From positions 736,001-800,000 of the forward strand of contig OZ242221.1 of assembly GCA_965206845.1 (NCBI GenBank): 64,000 nucleotides of DNA, read 5' to 3'. The notes beneath the pieces are model-generated. The model had not been told where the DNA came from, made no database searches, and saw only the letters and a program-made list of their open reading frames with translations. Of this stretch, positions 60,458 through 64,000 are shown one piece after another. Both the position numbers and the translations under genes were made by a program. This DNA comes from Cenarchaeum sp. (lineage in GTDB: Archaea; Thermoproteota; Nitrososphaeria; Nitrososphaerales; Nitrosopumilaceae). How positions within the stretch are numbered: the first letter of the stretch is position 1; every line of letters starts with the position of its first letter.

Positions 60458-61033
60458 ATGGCAAAGTGGGCCGATTACCTGATCTCCGAGGTATCTTATG
60501 ACTCCAAGCGCAGGATCAAGTCTGTGCTGCGCCACAAAGATACTGGTACGGACGTTCAAAGGCCTGAGATCGTCAACAGGGTATCCATAATAGATGATCT
60601 AAGGGGCGGCCGATCCTACTGCACTATTTTTAACGGGCTTGACACCTGGACGCTGGGCAGCAAGATCCGTCTGCACCGCATAGGCTCTCAGCGCTCGATC
60701 AGAGTAGACGACAACAAGGTGGCATTTGATAACCTTGGCCCAGTTCTGGAGATGAGTATGGAGTTAGAGATGGAGAAGCCGGAGCCGGCCATCGAGTCCA
60801 AGGTGCCGAAGGTTACCGAGGCGATCAAGGACAAGAAGCCGGAGCCGGCAAGCCTTCCGCATACTAAAACAGATGACGCTCCCCCCGCTGTACGCGACTT
60901 GCCGCCCAAGAAAGATCAGGACGTCCCGGACAAGAAGGACGACAAGCCGGCTAAGAAGCGGCAGGCCAAGAAATCGGAACCCACGACAAGAAAACGCAAG
61001 CCGAGAACCGTCAAGGCAAAGCCAGAAGAATAG
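60458..61033 (+). CDS. DUF3892-like domain plus Lys/Pro-rich tail
   Basis: 'MAKWADYLISEVSY...DNL' followed by low-complexity basic C-terminus. Confidence 0.65.
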   Translation: MAKWADYLISEVSYDSKRRIKSVLRHKDTGTDVQRPEIVNRVSIIDDLRGGRSYCTIFNGLDTWTLGSKIRLHRIGSQRSIRVDDNKVAFDNLGPVLEMSMELEMEKPEPAIESKVPKVTEAIKDKKPEPASLPHTKTDDAPPAVRDLPPKKDQDVPDKKDDKPAKKRQAKKSEPTTRKRKPRTVKAKPEE

Positions 61034-61136
61034 ATCAAAGAATCCCCGGACTGCCCAAGCAGTGCCTCGTCAAACATCGACAGGGCTGATGTGACAGAAT
61101 CTTGAATTAGATGCGAGTGCCGCGTCTGCTGGCGCC

Positions 61137-61517
61137 TTATGCTCCTGTAACCGGCTCAACCGCCCAGTCCTTGTTAACCCAGACGCCCACAGTCCTAGAG
61201 CCCCATCCCCACGAGTTTATCACATCGACCCACTGTCTGATCTGAGGAATGTGGTTCTCTGCAGAGCCTGGATTTGCGGCGCATTGATAGTGGCCCGATA
61301 CGACGATCAGATCTGAGCCGTGGGCATCCCGGGATATCCTTGCCTTCTCCTTTATCCTGCTGACGTATGTCAGATCCCCGGCCCATCTGTCCACACCGGG
61401 TTCGGTAATGGTATCCACATAGTCCACCGAATAGTTATTCCTGATCCACGCGTTAAGTGGAGTTTGAACCCTGCCGTCGATGCAGCCAATCAGAGTGGCA
61501 AACCTTCCCCCAGACAC
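61137..61517 (-). CDS. Small beta-carbonic-anhydrase-like protein
   Basis: 'CIDGR' (CxDxR) and 'HYQC' (HxxC) Zn ligands, 'DTITEPG'. Confidence 0.8.
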   Translation of the reverse strand: MSGGRFATLIGCIDGRVQTPLNAWIRNNYSVDYVDTITEPGVDRWAGDLTYVSRIKEKARISRDAHGSDLIVVSGHYQCAANPGSAENHIPQIRQWVDVINSWGWGSRTVGVWVNKDWAVEPVTGA

Positions 61518-61620
61518 ACTATTGCGGGATCCGCCGTAGTTAAAAATCAATATCAGGTAGGCATGCCCAGATTCTGGAGCGCCGTCGGCACGCAGGCCCC
61601 AGCAGGCAACGGATATCCTA

Positions 61621-61746
61621 CTAGCTGCCGGAACTCTTTGCCGCCTTGCTTATGATATCCCTGAAGGTCTCTCCGTACATGGAGTTTCTCTTAATCTCCG
61701 ATTCGTTGCTACTCTTGATGGCGTTCTGGATCTTCTTTTGATTCAT
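61621..61746 (-). CDS. Possible 41-aa basic peptide
   Basis: Manual translation MNQKKIQNAIKSSNESEIKRNSMYGETFRDIISKAAKSSGS. Confidence 0.35.
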   Translation of the reverse strand: MNQKKIQNAIKSSNESEIKRNSMYGETFRDIISKAAKSSGS

Positions 61747-61905
61747 AACAGAACATGACGGGCCTGACAAAAAGGCCAGATGATCTTAAAAATTGACCTT
61801 TTACGTACTATTGATGTCATCCAGGGCAGCCTCCAGGCGGCAGCCTGCTAGGGCAGGCCGGCCGCGGTGAAGAGACATGAAACATACGGAAGGTCGTCCC
61901 CCAGG

Positions 61906-62832
61906 CTAGAGGGCCGAATCCACCATCAGCGCAATAAACAGCACCGTCAGATACGGGCTGGAGAACTTGAACAGGAGCCAGGATGCCCTCTCAACCGGCT
62001 TGAGCACCACCCACGCAGACAGTACGACCATAAGCGCGCCAGAGGCAACGGCGGTCCACAGATACACCTGCCCCATCATCGGCTCCCCGCCATCCAGGCT
62101 CAGAAAGAACGGGGCCACGCTGAACAGCACCATTACGACTGTGGACGCTGCAATAATTCTTGCCGAGGCCGACTCTGACTTGATCGCCGTAAGCATTGGA
62201 ATGTTTGCCCTGTTGTAGTCCTCCTTGAAGTGCAGGGTCAGGGCCCATATGTGCATGGGTATCCAGATGAACACCAAGCCTGCCATCACAAGCCCCATGG
62301 TCCACAGATCGTTCATGGTTACTGCAACCCAGCCGATCATCGGCGGAGAGCCCCCGCACAGTCCGCCCAAGATGATGTTTGACCAGCTGTTCCGCTTTAG
62401 CGCGTACGAGTACACCAGCACGTTATTTCCAAGTCCAAAGGCAATGAATATGGCAGCCCAGGCTCCCTGCTCCGGCGTTGTCTCAAGGGCGATGGCCGCT
62501 GCCAGTACAAGGGAGATTCCCGCCAGAACGATACCAAAGTTGCGTGCGTTCTCCGGGGTAATCCTGCCAGATGGAATGGGACGCTTCTTTGTGCGCTCCA
62601 TAACAGCGTCGATGTCCCTGTCATGGTAGTTTGTAAGCGTGTTTGCTGCTGCCGAGCCCGCAGCAACCGACCCCAGCATGAGGGCCCATGTTACCCCAGA
62701 TATTGGAATATTGTAGAGGTTTGAAGCGGTAAGGGCTGCTCCAAAGGCAGTAAACACCAGGAGATACCATATCTTGGGTTTTGAGAGTTCGTAGTATACC
62801 GCAAGACGGGACTGGGTTTTTTGTCTCTGCAA
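61906..62832 (-). CDS. ctaB: Heme O synthase (protoheme IX farnesyltransferase)
   Basis: 'KPKI', 'DRDIDAVMERT..RP.PSG', 'H.WAL....KEDY..A.IPML'. Confidence 0.94.
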   Translation of the reverse strand: MQRQKTQSRLAVYYELSKPKIWYLLVFTAFGAALTASNLYNIPISGVTWALMLGSVAAGSAAANTLTNYHDRDIDAVMERTKKRPIPSGRITPENARNFGIVLAGISLVLAAAIALETTPEQGAWAAIFIAFGLGNNVLVYSYALKRNSWSNIILGGLCGGSPPMIGWVAVTMNDLWTMGLVMAGLVFIWIPMHIWALTLHFKEDYNRANIPMLTAIKSESASARIIAASTVVMVLFSVAPFFLSLDGGEPMMGQVYLWTAVASGALMVVLSAWVVLKPVERASWLLFKFSSPYLTVLFIALMVDSAL

Positions 62833-62848
62833 TACAAACCGCCTGTTT

Positions 62849-63301
62849 TTAGGGCATATATGGCATTGCTTTCTGGCGCGTCTTCATCTCGATAAAGCTC
62901 TCAGAAGAGATTACGCCGTCGATCTTGCCTATGTGATCTGCAACAATCTCGTGCATGGAGTTTAGCGCCTTGGAGTAGACCGTAACCAGAATGTCAAACC
63001 TGCCTGTAACCTCGGCAATCTTCCTGACGCCGTCGATCTCAAACAGCCTGTTAATTACGTCGTCCCTCTTCTTTGAGTTCATCTTTATTCCTATGAGGGC
63101 CTTGATCCGGTACCCCAGCTCGTGATCGTTTACATCAATGGTGAACCGCTCGATCAGCTTGCGCCTCTGCAGGCTCTTTATCCTCGAGTACACCACGCTG
63201 GTGTTTACCCGGATCTTCTTTGACAGTTTTGGAACAGAGATCGCAGAGTTGTGTGACAGCTCCGATAGGATCATCATGTCAATCCGGTCCACTTTTGCCA
63301 T
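62849..63301 (-). CDS. Lrp/AsnC transcriptional regulator
   Basis: 'D.ID..IL.EL', HTH, 'EVTGRFDI'. Confidence 0.9.
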   Translation of the reverse strand: MAKVDRIDMMILSELSHNSAISVPKLSKKIRVNTSVVYSRIKSLQRRKLIERFTIDVNDHELGYRIKALIGIKMNSKKRDDVINRLFEIDGVRKIAEVTGRFDILVTVYSKALNSMHEIVADHIGKIDGVISSESFIEMKTRQKAMPYMP

Positions 63302-63381
63302 ATCTTCGGATTATAATAGTATCCAATGTATAAAAATCTATTATATAGGATGCACGAAAATGCAAGAATTTCAAAAACGAT

Positions 63382-64000
63382 TTAGAATTTACCCTTTTTG
63401 TAGAGAGATTCCGCTAAAAGTACTGCGCCCTTGGCGGATCCCATCTTCTTGTTGTGTGAGAAGAGCACGTACTTGAGCCCGTTATCAAAGAGATCCTCCT
63501 TTTCCACCCGTCCTATGGTCGTGGTCATCCCGTCTCCCACCTCGCGGTCGATTCTTGGCTGTGGTCGTGTTGGATCCTCATGAAATGCATAGTAGTTCTC
63601 TGGTGCCGATGGCAGACCCCTGACCGTGATCTCCCGGTTGGCGTCGTCGTAGGCCTGCTTTGCCATCTGTGGATCAATCTCCTTTGCAGTCTCTACAAAG
63701 ACCGATTCGGTGTGCCCGTCTATAACGGGAACCCGGGTGCAAGTGCTGCTGACCCCGATGTCTGCATCCTCGATCTTTCCGTCTTTTAGCCTTCCAAGAA
63801 TCTTTTTGGTCTCCTTTCTGACCTTGTCTTCCTCATTGGGAATGAATGGCAGGATATTGCCGGATATGCTCATGGCCGACACTCCGGGAGTGCGCCCCGC
63901 ACCAGAGATTGCCTGCATGGATGTCATGAAAACCTTCTTGGCACCGTACTTTTCGTATAGCGGCTTGAGCGTGATTACCAGACCAGTGGTGGTGCAGTTC
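63382..64000 (-). CDS. asd: Aspartate-semialdehyde dehydrogenase (5' truncated by window edge)
   Basis: 'NCTT' at the window edge, 'QAISGAG', 'CTRVPVIDGH', 'SHN...GSA.GAVL.AE'. Confidence 0.93.
   Translation of the reverse strand, partial: NCTTTGLVITLKPLYEKYGAKKVFMTSMQAISGAGRTPGVSAMSISGNILPFIPNEEDKVRKETKKILGRLKDGKIEDADIGVSSTCTRVPVIDGHTESVFVETAKEIDPQMAKQAYDDANREITVRGLPSAPENYYAFHEDPTRPQPRIDREVGDGMTTTIGRVEKEDLFDNGLKYVLFSHNKKMGSAKGAVLLAESLYKKGKF

Overview
Archaeal chromosome segment, almost certainly from an ammonia-oxidising Nitrososphaeria (Nitrosopumilaceae-type gene content: CFI-box-CTERM protein, Tsr3, class I LysRS, Elp3, Pus10, SRP54, aIF-5A, TBP, TFE, ScpA, Ahb/hem and rib clusters). It is GC-richer than typical free-living Nitrosopumilus, which suggests a symbiont-like lineage (inference). 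Most of the window is housekeeping genes plus three tRNAs (Pro-TGG, Arg-GCG, intron-containing Tyr-GTA). The main observation is a family of non-autonomous mobile elements, two complete (12142-14072, 34643-36664) and one right-end remnant (from 19089). Each complete element carries a long TnpB-like RuvC nuclease with all three catalytic residues. They are bounded by terminal inverted repeats (GGGAATTATATAC...) and perfect 8-bp target-site duplications, which are hallmarks of DDE transposition and not of IS200/IS605 or IS607. Their right ends show compensatory base changes consistent with an omegaRNA, and all three right ends sit 30-48 bp upstream of a co-directional host gene. A separate complete IS5-family element (45048-46410) with different ends is also present. 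All calls were made by eye from sequence and motifs; no searches were run.
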